From Paraspadella gotoi (taxonomy: Eukaryota; Animalia; Chaetognatha), in NCBI GenBank assembly GCA_051294375.1, contig CM119265.1, forward strand, positions 8,130,924-8,194,771: a stretch of DNA of 63,848 nt, in the 5' to 3' direction. Shown here in pieces: positions 1 through 12,542 of the stretch. Both the position numbers and the translations under genes were made by a program. How positions within the stretch are numbered: the first letter of the stretch is position 1; each line of letters begins with the position of its first letter. The notes beneath the pieces are model-generated. The model saw only the letters and a list, made by a program, of their open reading frames with translations, had not been told where the DNA came from and did not search any database.

Positions 1-371
1 GAAAGACAAAATCGGAAAGAATAAATTCATAAACGAAGTCGCAAACTCCTTGGGTGAATGGTGAATGGTTCGTGACCCTTAAACGATGTTTCAGTTCAAG
101 TGACGATTTCACGCATCGGTTTTGTTGTGTAAAGATGTAACGTGACATGAAACTGAAATTCCCGATGGATTGAGGAATCCGTAGAAAGAACGTTTCAAAC
201 AACAGCAAAGAGCGCCTTTGATTTCTTCCTTAATAGGATTTCAATTTGTAATGACTCTCCTTTGAAAGTGGCTTCAGGATTTCCCCCCATCCTTTAAAAT
301 AGTGACAAGCGCCCGTAAGAAAGAATGCTAAAGGGAGAAGGAGAGAGTGAAAGGTTTGTACGCGCTTTTTC

Positions 372-385
372 GTTTCCATGGCGAC
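372..385. promoter_or_regulatory. RFX X-box-like palindrome
   Basis: GTTTCCATGGCGAC is a near match to the 14-bp X-box; isolated motif. Confidence 0.25.
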
Positions 386-1271
386 TGAAATGATTTCCCG
401 CTGCTTCCAGAATATCCTCCTGTTTGTTTTTTAGAGTCTCACTTTAGAATTTTCTTTAAAACATGAGCTAGAGANNNNNNNNNNNNNNNNNNNNNNNNNG
501 CAGAGAGAGAGGGAGAGAAAGAAGAGAACAGAAGAGACAGAGAGGAAGAGGAGAGAGAAGAAGAGGGAGGAAGCGAGAGACTGAGAGGAACAGAAGAGAG
601 AGAGAGAGAGAGAGACGAGGAGAAAGAAGAGAAGAGAGACACGAATAAGTATCGTAAGGAGACGCGAGGCATCCAAAGGCGAGAGATAGTTGTCGACTGT
701 ACCGAGAGATATGAAGAGAAGATGAATGCACGCAGCACGAGGAAGGGACGTAGGAGATGTGGGATAAAATTGAAAAGTAAAGAGGAGAAGTTAAAGAATC
801 GTCTATTTGCAAGAGAAAATTTTTGACCCTCGCAGAAAGATCAGACACGCAGGATAAGGCGTTCAATCTTGTGGAGGTGCAAGAGAGGGGAGGAGGGAGA
901 AAAAGGACGAAAAAATAAAAGCATATAAATGAGAAGGACGAAAGAGTGAAAGAAAGAGGAAATCAAAGAAAAACTTAAGTAGCAAGCGGGAGAACCAAAC
1001 AAAGGAGGACAACTGGAAGGTTCGTCGAAGACGACTTCGAAGCTTGGACGAGGAAATAAGAAAAGAAAGGTGTGACGTTCGAATGCTTTTGCCTCATTTT
1101 TTTGATTAGAATCGATTATTAATTCCTGACGAAAAACAATACGGGGCAAGCCCGGGCGATAAAAATTGTTACGATTTACTTAGAGGAGTAGAGGAGAAGA
1201 GAGAGAGGCTAACAGACTTAGCTTTTTTTACGAGTTCCTTTTCACCTTCTTCCACAAAGCGAATAGGGACC

Positions 1272-1304
<33 letters not shown>

Positions 1305-1322
1305 CTCTCTCTCTCTCTCTCA

Positions 1323-1354
<32 letters not shown>

Positions 1355-3059
1355 CTCCCTCCGGCGTCCACTCCCTTCACCCCACCTCTCATCAAGTATT
1401 CTTGCCGAATCTTTGGCACCTTGAGCTCCCGGCTCATATCATGAAGTTGCATGACAAACAGTTTTTAACACTGGCGGAAGCCTCATTTTCCTCGCCCGCT
1501 TCCACCTCTCGACTCCCCACCCCATTTCCACGTGTAATTCACTCCTGACACCACAGCCCCTCCACCTTCCCCCCAAATCCTTTTTCATGTCTTACGTCTT
1601 CTCTCGCGTTTTTTTTTTTCGTCGAAAATCGATTGCATTCCTTTGAGACGAAACCATTTTAGAGGTGGTGTTCCTCATAAAAAAAAACGGGGGCGAGTTT
1701 CCAGTCGCGGGCCGCTGGGTGCACGTATCCATGTCAGACAATGCTGTCAGGATGAATGCTTGCGTGATGTCGTGTCTATCTTTAGCGGAGGGCTTCATTG
1801 CCGTTGCAATATTGAGGAGATACTAAAATTGGCGAGCATCGACAGAGGATAGAGATTCAGCAAGATGGGAGAGATTCAAGCCTGTGTAAAATTACTGTAA
1901 ACGTCTCTTACGTATGAATAAATAACCATGAAAGTTATGTCTTTTTATCAGATGCTTCTGTTGTTTGTTTTGGGAAAATTGGGTTTCTTCTACTTTTTTT
2001 TTATTTTTTGTGTCTTCATATCACTCCTTCCCGCTTTTTCATTTCAAATTTTTGAACATCCTTACTTTTTTTTTTCTTTTTTGTTGTACATTATCATCTA
2101 TTTTATTCACCTCTTTTCCTCTCTTTTACTTCTTTTTCCTGTTTTCTTCCTTTTATTTTCTTTTTTTTCTTCTTTTTATTCACCTCTTTTCTCTCTCTCC
2201 TGCGTAACTTCTTTTTCTTTTTTTTCCCTTTTTTTTCCCTTCAATTCACCCCCCCCTTTTCCCCTTCCTTCCTGTTCCTCCGCCAGTTTAAGTCTCGACA
2301 CACTCTCCCATGAGTTGATGGTGGCGATCAATCAAGAAAGGGCCGTCAACGTCACCGAAGAAGAAGGAGCAACTTCACGACTCTAAAGGCTCGGGTTGGT
2401 CGGTTGGGTGCCACACTCACCTTATAATGGTAAAGTCCCAATACACTTAGCTTTGCCTAGCGTTGAGAACTACCATATTATTATTTTGTATTGTATGAAT
2501 TAATAATGTTGATTTTTAAACCGAAAAGAGCCGATGTTTTTTTTTGTTTTTTGTTTAATTTTCGTCAGCAAAGAATGTCGTTTAGTTTAAAATCAAATAA
2601 AAAACTTAACTGATTAGTCTCAGATTCTCTCTTCGTCTTTGTGATGCAGCACTGACCACAAATTCTCATAACTAATGACACCAGTAACTAAAGATGGCTC
2701 TCTCTCCGCTTTGAATTCTCTCCCCAAGCTTTTATTTCTCTGTACTCACCGCTCCCAGCCACCCCCGACCCAAATTTTCTCCGTATTTTTGTAATTTTCT
2801 CCTTTTTCATTTGCCTCTCCTACGTTCAAATACCCTTCGTTTCTCATCCTTTTCCTTCTTTCTACCCCCCCTCCCCCCCCCCCCCGACGAACAGCCCCCG
2901 GTCCCTCGCTCCCGCTCTGCGTCAGAGCTTGCTCCCGAGGACCGAACGTCAGGACCATGAGAGACGAGAACACCCAGCTGTTGCTGGACTCTGCACCAAG
3001 TGAGCCGGCGAACCTTGCCATTCACTGACGGTCAGAGAGAGAAAAAGAGGTGAAGACTC

Positions 3060-5283
3060 GAGAGAGAGAGAGAGAGAGAGAGAGAGTGAGTTCCCTTTCT
3101 TTGTGAGAGAAGAAAGGGAAAAAACGCGTTACTCCATAAAAAAAACCAAAAAAAAACTATGGTCTCTCGATCACACAGTCGCGAATTTTCCTCTGAATAT
3201 TTATGAAATTGTTCTTTTCAAAACATTGAGCTCTTCATGACCGAGGCCGCTTTTCCGTCCGACGCCATCTCTCGACATTTCGTTGGCGGCGTTTCGTATC
3301 GTCAGACGTTTTTCCGATCACCGTTTTTTTTCGGTAGAAATAAACGACGACGACGACGACGACGACGACGAAACAGAAAAAGGCGGAAGAAGCGGGGGAG
3401 GAAATATGGCGGCGTCGGCGCGTCGGCGTCGGCGGCGGCGTCATCATCATCACCATATTTATGATATTAGGTAACGGTTCCAAGTCTTGACGTGATGAAG
3501 TGTCTGAAGGGCATCCGATGTGGCCCCTGCGTTTTTTTTTTCTCCGAAGGAAGCGCTCGCCGCATTTGCCCGCCTTCAACACACAGCGCCCCCAATTCTT
3601 TTAAGCTCCTAAAGCTCATCCGTCTCAACTTCTCTTCCCTCACGTCTCTTGTCTTGTCCCACATCACTCCCTTCAATCGTTCCAAAATATGATTCGACCG
3701 ACTTAATTCATAGTCTTAACTACACTTAATTTAAAATAGTGAAACAAGTTTCATAGTTTAATTCGCCATCGCCATCGGCATCCAGCACTACCCCTTTCCT
3801 CCATCCCTTNNNNNNNNNNNNNNNNNNNNNNNNNNNNNNNNNNNNNNNNNNNNNNNNNNNNNNNNNNNNNNNNNNNNNNNNNNNNNNNNNNNNNNNNNNN
3901 NNNNNNNNNNNNNNNNNNNNNNNNNNNNNNNNNNNNNNNNNNNNNNNNNNNNNNNNNNNNNNNNNNNNNNNNNNNNNNNNNNNNNNNNNNNNNNNNNNNN
4001 NNNNNNNNNNNNNNNNNNNNNNNNNNNNNNNNNNNNNNNNNNNNNNNNNNNNNNTTTGTCCGCTTTTTTTCCGCTTCTTTTCTTATTTTTATCGCTTCTT
4101 TCATCGGTTATTTTGCGCATCTTTCTTTCTTTGTTTTTTTTTTTTTTTTTTCTTTGGGCCATTTTCTTTTGTTTTCTTTTTGATTATTTTTGAACGTGTT
4201 TCATGTATTTCTTATTGTTTAATCGGGCTTTAAGTTTGTTCTTTTTTTCTTACTTTTCTTATCCCCGTCCGATTGTTTACGTAACGACCTGAGGCGAGTG
4301 TCGCGCCCTCTTTCGAACTTTCCTTTCATTAAACAAAGGAGCATCGATATCCCAAAATCGTTCACTGAATTGAACTTTGAACAGGACACTGCCAAACGAT
4401 TCACGCAAAGACGATCGTCTCTGCCATTTTCGCCGCGAGATGGAGATTTCGACCCGTTGCCACTGTCGCCGCCACCGCCGCCGGCGCCCTCACCGGCAGA
4501 AGGAAGATTCCTCCGATTGGCAGACTCAATACGCTAATGGATTTTTGATTGGATACCCACCTTCCATTCCCCCCCCNNNNNNNNNNNNNNNNNNNNNNNN
4601 NNNNNNNNNNNNNNNNNNNNNNNNNNNNNNNNNNNNNNNNNNNNNNNNNNNNNNNNNNNNNNNNNNNNNNNNNNNNNNNNNNNNNNNNNNNNNNNNNNNN
4701 NNNNNNNNNNNNNNNNNNNNNNNNNNNNNNNNNNNNNNNNNNNNNNNNNNNNNNNNNNNNNNNNNNNNNNNNNNNNNNNNNNNNNNNNNNNNNNNNNNNN
4801 NNNNNNNNNNNNNNNNNNNNNNNNNNNNNNNNNNNNNNNNNNNNNNNNNNNNNNNNNNNNNNNNNNNNNGTCGTCGTCTTCAACGTCGTCGTTGTCGATA
4901 TCGTCGTCGTTGTCGTCTTCTTCGCCTTTGGTCAACGTCCGTATCTTTGTCATATTTTCTCTTCAATCTTCAGTCTTTACTTAACTTTTTTTACCTTTTT
5001 TCTTTTTCTAATTTCGAAGAAGGTCCCCTCTTATTCCTTTCCTTTTCCTCCCTTATTTCCTTTCCTCCCTTTCCTTCCCTTTCCTTCTCAATTCTCCCTT
5101 AACCTTTCCCTCTTTTTTTTTTCTAATCGCCCTTCACCTATGGCTCGCACGAAAACGGATTTTAGATGATAATGTTAACATTTCGTTAATCCTACAAATC
5201 GCTAACGATTTTCAAAATTCCTCCTCGGTTTTTTTTTTCCAGAGGTTAGACGTTGATGATTATTTAATAGACGACGACGACGA
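3060..5283 (+). repeat. Block A version 0 (element-free allele, with two internal N gaps)
   Basis: Colinear with ~5420-9985 once the hAT insertion is removed. The gaps at 3810-4054 and 4577-4869 match C-rich tracts that are resolved in later versions. Confidence 0.85.
4298..4305. other. Empty (pre-insertion) target site of the hAT element
   Basis: GACCTGAGGCGA-GTGTCGCG-CCCTCTTTCGAAC has the same left and right flanks as the filled sites, a single copy of the 8-mer and no excision footprint. Confidence 0.9.
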
Positions 5284-5308
5284 NNNNNNNNNNNNNNNNN
5301 NNNNNNNN
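5284..5308. other. 25-N placeholder assembly gap (also 475-499, 13096-13120, 21784-21808, 36411-36435, 41966-41990, 61135-61159)
   Basis: Seven gaps of exactly 25 N; four of them sit at duplicated-block junctions. Confidence 0.95.
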
Positions 5309-5367
5309 TTTTTTATTGATCGATAAATCCTGACGAAAACAAAAGGGAAGCCCGGCGATAAAATGTC

Positions 5368-5449
<82 letters not shown>

Positions 5450-6994
5450 GTTCCCTTTCTTTGTGAGAGAAGAAAGGGAAAAAACGCGTTAACTCCATAA
5501 AAAAAACCAAAAAAAAACTATGGGTCTCTCGATCACACAGTCGCGATTTTCCTCTGAATATTTATGAAATTGTTCTTTTCAAACATTGAGCTCTTCATGA
5601 CCGAGGCCGCTTTTCCGTCCGACGCCATCTCCTCGACATTTCGTTGGCGGCGTTTCGTATCGTCAGACGTTTTTCCGATCACCGTTTTTTTTCGGTAGAA
5701 ATAAACGACGACGACGACGACGACGACGACGAAACAGAAAAAGGCGGAAGAAGCGGGGAGGAAATATGGCGGCGTCGGCGGTCGGCGTCGCGGCGGCGTC
5801 ATCATCATCACCATATTTATGATATTAGGTACGGTTCCAAGTCTTGACGTGATGAAGTGTCTGAAGGCATCGATGTGGCCCCTGCGTTTTTTTTTTCTCC
5901 GAAGGAAGCGCTCGCCGCATTTGCCCGCCTTCAACACACAGCGCCCCCATTCTTTTAAGCTCCTAAAGCTCATCCGTCTCAACTCTCTCCTCAGTCTCTT
6001 GTTTGTCCACATCACTCCTTAATCGTTCCAAAAATATGATTCGACCGACTTAATTCATAGTTCTTAACTTACACTTAATTTAAAATAGTGAAACAAGTTT
6101 CATAGTTTATCGCCATCGCCATCGGCATCCAGCACTACCCTTTCCTCCATCCCTTCCCGGCTTCCCCCCCCCCAAACCCCCCCCCCCGATCAACAACCCC
6201 CCATTCAACCCCCCCAGTTTCAAAAAAAAACCTCCGCTCCAACTTCCCCTCAACAACCAAATTTTCCAACATCCATATTTATTCCTCCCTTTGTCTCTCG
6301 TGTCTCCACTTCGATCGCTCCCGCTTTCTTTTGTCCGCTTTTTTCCGCTTCTTTTCTTATTTTTATCGGCTTCTTTCATCGGTTATTTTGCGCATCTTTC
6401 TTTCTTTGTTTTTTTTTTTTTTTCTTTGGGCCATTTTCTTTGTTTCTTTTTGGATTATTTTTGAACGTGTTTCATTTATTTTATTGTTTAATCGGCTTTA
6501 AGTTGTTCTTTTTTCTTACTTTTCTTATCCCCGTCCGATTGTTTACGAACGACCTGAGGCGAGTGTCGCGCAGAGATGCAGACGCGATCCGGGAGGCGGA
6601 GTGAAACGCGCAGAGGCGCATGTTTTTGAGGTGGCGAACTTGGACAAGAGTCAAAAATTGGGAGAAGGAGGCGAATGCGGAGGCGCAAAAAACGTTGCGC
6701 GTTCGCCTCTGTGCTTTTGTTTTTATAGGCGAAAATCAAAAGGTTTTTGCCAAATTAAAACCTTTCTATTGTTCCAAAAATGTTCTTTTTTTTTCAAATT
6801 TAGATATTGCTAAATCTGAAGCGTTTATCAGCTGCATTGGTTTTTTATTAACATATTTTTTTATTCAAAAAAAAATTTGGTTCTGTTATATCTATTTTAT
6901 CTAAAAGTTGTACATAAGCATATATTTTATATCTTTTTTCTTTTAATGCATTCATTCACTCAATTTATTTTTTTTTATTTTAATAAAAATAATT

Positions 6995-7096
6995 AATTTG
7001 TTAATTTATTCCTATGATATTTAATTAAATTTGTTAATTTATTTCTATGATATTTAATTAAATTTGTTAATTTATTCCTATGAATATTTAATTAAA
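6995..7096. repeat. 33-bp AT-rich minisatellite x3 inside the hAT element
   Basis: Unit AATTTGTTAATTTATTCCTATGATATTTAATTA starts at 6995, 7028 and 7061; also present in copies 2 and 3. Confidence 0.85.
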
Positions 7097-7169
7097 TCAT
7101 TTATTCATAATTCTAATCTAATTTATTTATTTACTTTATTGATTTTATTAATCAAATACTTTTTTTATC

Positions 7170-7825
7170 TAGCATCATTTTTTTAAACTTGGATCTTTTT
7201 TGATTTGCATTATTATTTTAACTGGCATCATTTTTTCAACTGGCATAATTTTTTAACATGGATTATTTTTTTTTATTTATATTATTTTACAACTTGAATC
7301 ATATTTTAATTGCATTATTTTTTTAACCTATATAATTTTTTGAATTGCATTATTTTTTTAATTGCATCATTTTTTTAAACTAGCTTCATTTTAAACTTGT
7401 ATATTTTTTTTGATTTGCATTAATTTTTTTACTTACATCATTTTTTATTCATTTCATTGTTTTTAATTTGCATTATTTTTGAAACTTGCATCATTTTTTT
7501 TAACTTCCATTATTTTTTGATTTATAATATTTTTTTGATTTACATTATTTTTTTGATTTGCATTATTTTTTAACTTACATCATTTTTGCACCTTATATCA
7601 TTTTTTTTTCATTTTAAATCATTTTTTATCTCGCATCATTTTTTGAATGCATAATTTTTTGAATGCATAATTTTAACCTATATCATTTTTCAACTTGCAT
7701 CATATTTTTTCAAATTTCAGCATTTTTTTAACTTGCCTTATTTTCTTAACTTATATTATTTTTTAACTTGTATTATTTTTCTTTTTGTAATTTTTTAAAT
7801 TTATATTACCTTTTAACTTATATGG
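7170..7825. repeat. Degenerate ~18-20-bp tandem repeat (approximately AACTTGCATYATTTTTTT) inside the hAT element
   Basis: TTGCATTATTTTT / TTGCATCATTTTT cores recur, separated by T-runs, over ~650 bp. Confidence 0.75.
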
Positions 7826-9971
7826 TTTTAATTTTTATATTTAAAATTTAAATTATCCATTTATTTATAAAACAATTCATAAAATTGTACAAACAATAAT
7901 AACAATTATCCATTTGTTGTTAGTTTGTGAAAATAATAAATTTATTAATTAATTAATATATAAGAAACTATTAATTATTGTTTTAACTAATTAAATAATT
8001 AATTATTGCTAATGATCGTTATCAGATCCAGCATTTTTGCTTTTTTATTCTAAGTAAACTAAAAACTTTCAGCTTGAATTGAAAAACAAGAAAAATTTTT
8101 TCTAATGCCAAATAGTAAAAATATATAAAATTATGGTAATATTATAATTTTTTTAATAAATTATACAATCGATTTTTACTGATTTGGAATACTACTAACA
8201 TTTTTGGATTTATTGATATTTTTTTAAACATTAGTAAAATAATATCTTCTTTTTTAATTAAGTAATCATATTAAATTAATAAAATGTTTGATTGGAAAGT
8301 AAAAAAGAAATAGAAAAAAATAAAGTAAAATAAAAAAATAAGGAATACAGAGAAAGTAAGAGAGAGAAAAGAGGAAAAAAAGTGAGTGAAGAGAATAAGA
8401 GTAATAAAAAAAATGAAATAGTCATATAAAAATAAATTTTTGTCCTTATTCTCAATAATATCCTTTTCCTAGTATTTTTTTAAAGCTTTATCTCTTTCTC
8501 TCCCCATTTCTTTTTTTCTTTTTTTTTCTATTCTTTTCTTTCTCTTCTCCCTCTCTCTCCCTCTCTCTTTTTTAAATGTCTTGCAAAAATTGTTTAAAAT
8601 ATATATTTGTTAAAAAGATTTGAAAAAAGTTAAAACATATACATTTAAAAATAAAAAAAAATTATTTATTTATTTATTTATTATATTTAAACATAACAAA
8701 TGAAAGTTTTTTCATTGTCCATTGATCTGAATTAAAAAAAACATATTATCAAATACAAAAACTATAAATAATTTTAAACAAAAAGCCGGAGGCGTTCAAG
8801 AGGCGAACGCGGAGGCGATCCGGGCTAAAAAATGGAGGCGAACGCAAAACCGGAGGCGAGGGGTCTCGGGAGGCGGGGAGTGGAGGCGGGCGAAATTCAC
8901 CGCCTCCAGCATCCCTGGTGTCGCGCCCTTTTCGAACTTTCTTTCATTAAACAAAGGAGCATCGATATCCCAAAATCGTTCACTGAATGAACTTTGAACA
9001 GGACACTGCCAAACGATTCACGCAAAGACGATGCGTCTCTGCCATTTTCGCCGCGAGATGGAGATTCGACCCAGTTGCACTGTCGCCCGCCACCGCCGCC
9101 GGCGGCCCTTCACCGGCAGAAGGAAGATTCCTCGATTGGCAGACTCAATACGCTAATGGATTTTTGATTGGATACCCACCTTCCATTCCCCCCCCCACTG
9201 ATGCCAAACCCCCTAATCCTCAAATCTCCATTTCACGCGACTCACCTTTTTTAATCCAACTCGACGAGAACATTCTCACCGTCATTAAAAACCATCTTCC
9301 CCTTTTTTTTCACTGTCACACCCACCCCTTCACTAATCCCCCTCCCGCTTTCCTTCCCCTCTCCCCCGAAAAAAAAAACATCAGTCATATCCGCTAACCC
9401 ACACGAACCCCCTCCCAGCCCCGTCTCACCTCTTTCCGCCACGCCTTGTTTTCCTGAGAGGTTCAACAGAATCTCATTAAAACCTCGTTTTGGAAGATCT
9501 CGTTGCGGTCATCGGCGTCGTCGGCGTCACGTGCGTTGGCGTCGGTCTTAAACGTCGTCGTTGGCGTCGTCGTCGTCGTCTTCAAACGTCGTCGTTGTCG
9601 ATATCGTCGTCGTTGTCGTCTTCTTCGCCTTTTGTCAACGTCCGTATCTTTGTCATATTTTCTCTTCAATCTTCAGTCTTTACTTAACTTTTTTTACCTT
9701 TTTTCATTTTTCTAATTTGAAGAAGGTTCCCCCTCTTATTCCTTTCCTTTTCCTCCCTTATTTCCCTTTCCTCCTTTCCTTCCCTTTCCTTCTCAATTCT
9801 CCCTTAACCTTCCCTCTTTTTTTTTCGTATATCGCCCTTCACCTATGGCTCGCACGAAAACGGATTTAGATGAAAGTTAACATTCGTTAATCCTACAATC
9901 GCTAACGATTTTCAAAATTCCTCCTCGGTTTTTTTTTTCCAGATGGTTAGACGTTTGATGATTATTTAATA

Positions 9972-10004
<33 letters not shown>

Positions 10005-11200
10005 AACCCTTGTCGCGATATTTTAATCCCTCCCCCTCTCCTTCCCCACCGCCCCCCCTTTTCTTCTCCCCGCGAATCCCAGTTAATCTTTCTCCGACAT
10101 GTGAATTATTCACTACGAACTAATTTCGTTTGCGTTTTTGTCGGAATCTTTCCTCCTTTTTTTTTCTTCTTTTCGGTTTCATCCATTTTGCTTCTTTTTT
10201 TTTTCCTTCTTTTTTTATTCCAGATTTAATTCATTTTTTTATCTTCGTTTTTGAGTTTTGGGAATAAAATATGGCTTTTTTTACGCTCTCAAAAACCTTG
10301 CTTTTTGGGTAAAGTTATTCCTTTATTTCGATTTAAATTTATCCAGGCTAAATTGCGCTCTTCTTAAAATACATTTGGTTCTAAAGATAGTAATTTATTT
10401 GTAATTTTTAAGCGTTTTCTCATTGTTATGTACTTTTTCAACTGTTTTAAAGGAATAAAACACCGATATATAATTTTATTCATATTAAATCATTTTAAAA
10501 AGAATTTATTTTCCATAGCTGAAAGTATCTAAACCCCCTGTTGAAGGCACTATGACTCGGAGACTCTCAAATATGAAATTCATATTCTTTTAAAAAAGCT
10601 TTCTCAGTGAACAAAAAAAAAACATCTCAAAAGTCACTTTGTCGATTCTTTTTTCCTCGATTATCGTGAATAATGAATGAGTGAAAAAGACGCGGAAAAG
10701 TCGTTTGGCGGGAAAAACGTGAATCGGTGAAGTGAGAGGCGTCGGCGACGACGCTCGACCCCAATCCAAGATTCTCACGCGAGACTTCGTGAAAAATTAA
10801 GGCTGATCGTCGCTCGCGCATCCTCTTTGTGAATCGCTAGAGAGTAAGAGGATGTGAGAAAAAGAGAGTGAGAGGATGTGAGAAAAATAGAGTGTGAGTT
10901 GGATGGAAAGTTATAAAAGAAGTACACGGAAAGTCGATAACACGTGAAAGTCTAAACATTAAAGTCGCTCATTGGGAAAGTGAAACATGAGAAGCAACTT
11001 TGTTTTTATGTATTTTTCTTTTTTTTTATCAAACTCGATTGATCGAATTAAACTTATTTCTTATCTATTTAAAGATTCTTAAAGTTTCTTCAGTTCTCTG
11101 ATTCTGTCTTACGCATTCTTTAGTTTGTATTCCTCGGGGAATATAAAAATAATATCATTCCGCAATTTATTCTCATGGATAAACCCGGAAATGTAGCTTT

Positions 11201-11312
<112 letters not shown>

Positions 11313-12484
11313 CAATCCGCATAATTTTATGGTTCACTGGAAAGGATTTGAATGCATTGAGAGGCGCGACTTTCCTCAGGCGATGACGACGAAAACGACG
11401 ACGACGAAGACGACGTCGACTGCCACCAAAATCTGTCACATTCATTTTGGGATATTCGGCGAGAATCTCCTCATACTTTGTCGTACATATCTTTATTTTC
11501 AGCATATGAGACATAAAATTAAACTTTATTAAAGTTTTTCGTTTAAACATTAAACTACCTATCGTAGAATGTTTAAGGTTCAAAAATGCCCCAAAAAATG
11601 TGATTCGATCCTTTTTCACGTCTCCGCCTCTCCTCTTTCCTTCCCCTTAAATTTAAATTTCACGCAAGACGGCGCCCGAACTTTTGTCGCCGTTGGAGGC
11701 GCCGCGAAAGCGTAAGGGTGGCAGTTATATACGGATTTTAGGTTGGTGTTTACAACCGGGTTTAAAAATAGGTTGGAGTGGCTCGCGCATTCTGGTAAAA
11801 ATAAGGAAGGCAATTACATACGGATCGGAAATTTGGTACGAGTGGTTGTAATAAGGGTGACAATTTCATCCGGGTCTGAATTTAGGTTTAAGCGTCTCTC
11901 ACTTTCTTGTTTAATCGAGTATAGGGATTTGTTTTGTTTTTTTAGGGGGGCGGGCTGTTGGGGCGTGGTCGTGGGTGGCGTTTACATCCTCAAGGCCAAC
12001 TGTAAATCCCGGATGTCGTAAAACCGAACGATGGCGTCGATTTAAAGGTTCGCATGGTTTAGGGAAAGGGTTGAGCCGAGCGCGAGAGAGGAGGTGAGGT
12101 TCGGGAGAGTGAGGGGGGCGGCGACCGGCAGGAGTGTAGCAGCTGTCGAAGTCGGATAAGGGGATTTGGGAAAGATATTTTTTAGAGAAAGAGGAGGAGG
12201 GTAAGGTCGAGAAACTGGGGTAAGGACAAGAGGAATTTTTTTGGGTTAGTGAGAAAAAAAATGAACAGCGGAAGGTAGAATTTGAGTGAGACAAAGATAT
12301 TTTTGAAATCGAAATAGTTAGGTTATCTGTGTTTAATTGTGATTTAAGCGTGTAGGATAGAATCAAAAAAAAGGTGAGTTAGAAAAAAAAGCATCAAAGT
12401 TCCAAGTCTTTGCGTTGGATCCGCTGCTGCCAACGCCGAGTCTTTGGAGGATTTGAAGATAAAAAGAAACCGGAGATGGTGGAG

Positions 12485-12542
<58 letters not shown>

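Larger units (their letters stand above)
6571..8917. mobile_element. Non-autonomous hAT-superfamily DNA transposon (2,347 bp), copy 1
   Basis: 8-bp direct repeat GTGTCGCG on both sides (6563-6570, 8918-8925). Imperfect TIRs: 5' CAGAGATGCAGACGCG versus reverse complement of the 3' end CAGGGATGCTGGAGGCG, similar to the maize Ac TIR CAGGGATGAAA. GAGGCG motifs cluster at both ends. The interior is AT-rich with no transposase ORF. The empty site at 4298-4305 defines the boundaries exactly. Confidence 0.92.

Noticed and set aside
2287-2386. Terminal exon ending in -SRL (peroxisomal PTS1-like)
   Set aside because: There is a plausible acceptor but no linked upstream exons, and competing splice signals lie on the opposite strand. 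Too weak to call.
6488-6904. Short ORFs at the element's left end as transposase remnants
   Set aside because: Only 70-94 aa with no BED, DDE or hATC motifs; one crosses the element boundary.
8881-8917. Helitron 3' end, suggested by the GC-rich subterminal hairpin
   Set aside because: No CTRR end and no A/T insertion site; the 8-bp TSD and TIRs indicate hAT.
11671-11681. GGCGCCCGAAC as a tRNA-Lys primer-binding site (also TGGCGCCCA in the satellite)
   Set aside because: Only a 9-11-nt match, with no adjacent LTR end and no gag/pol sequence.
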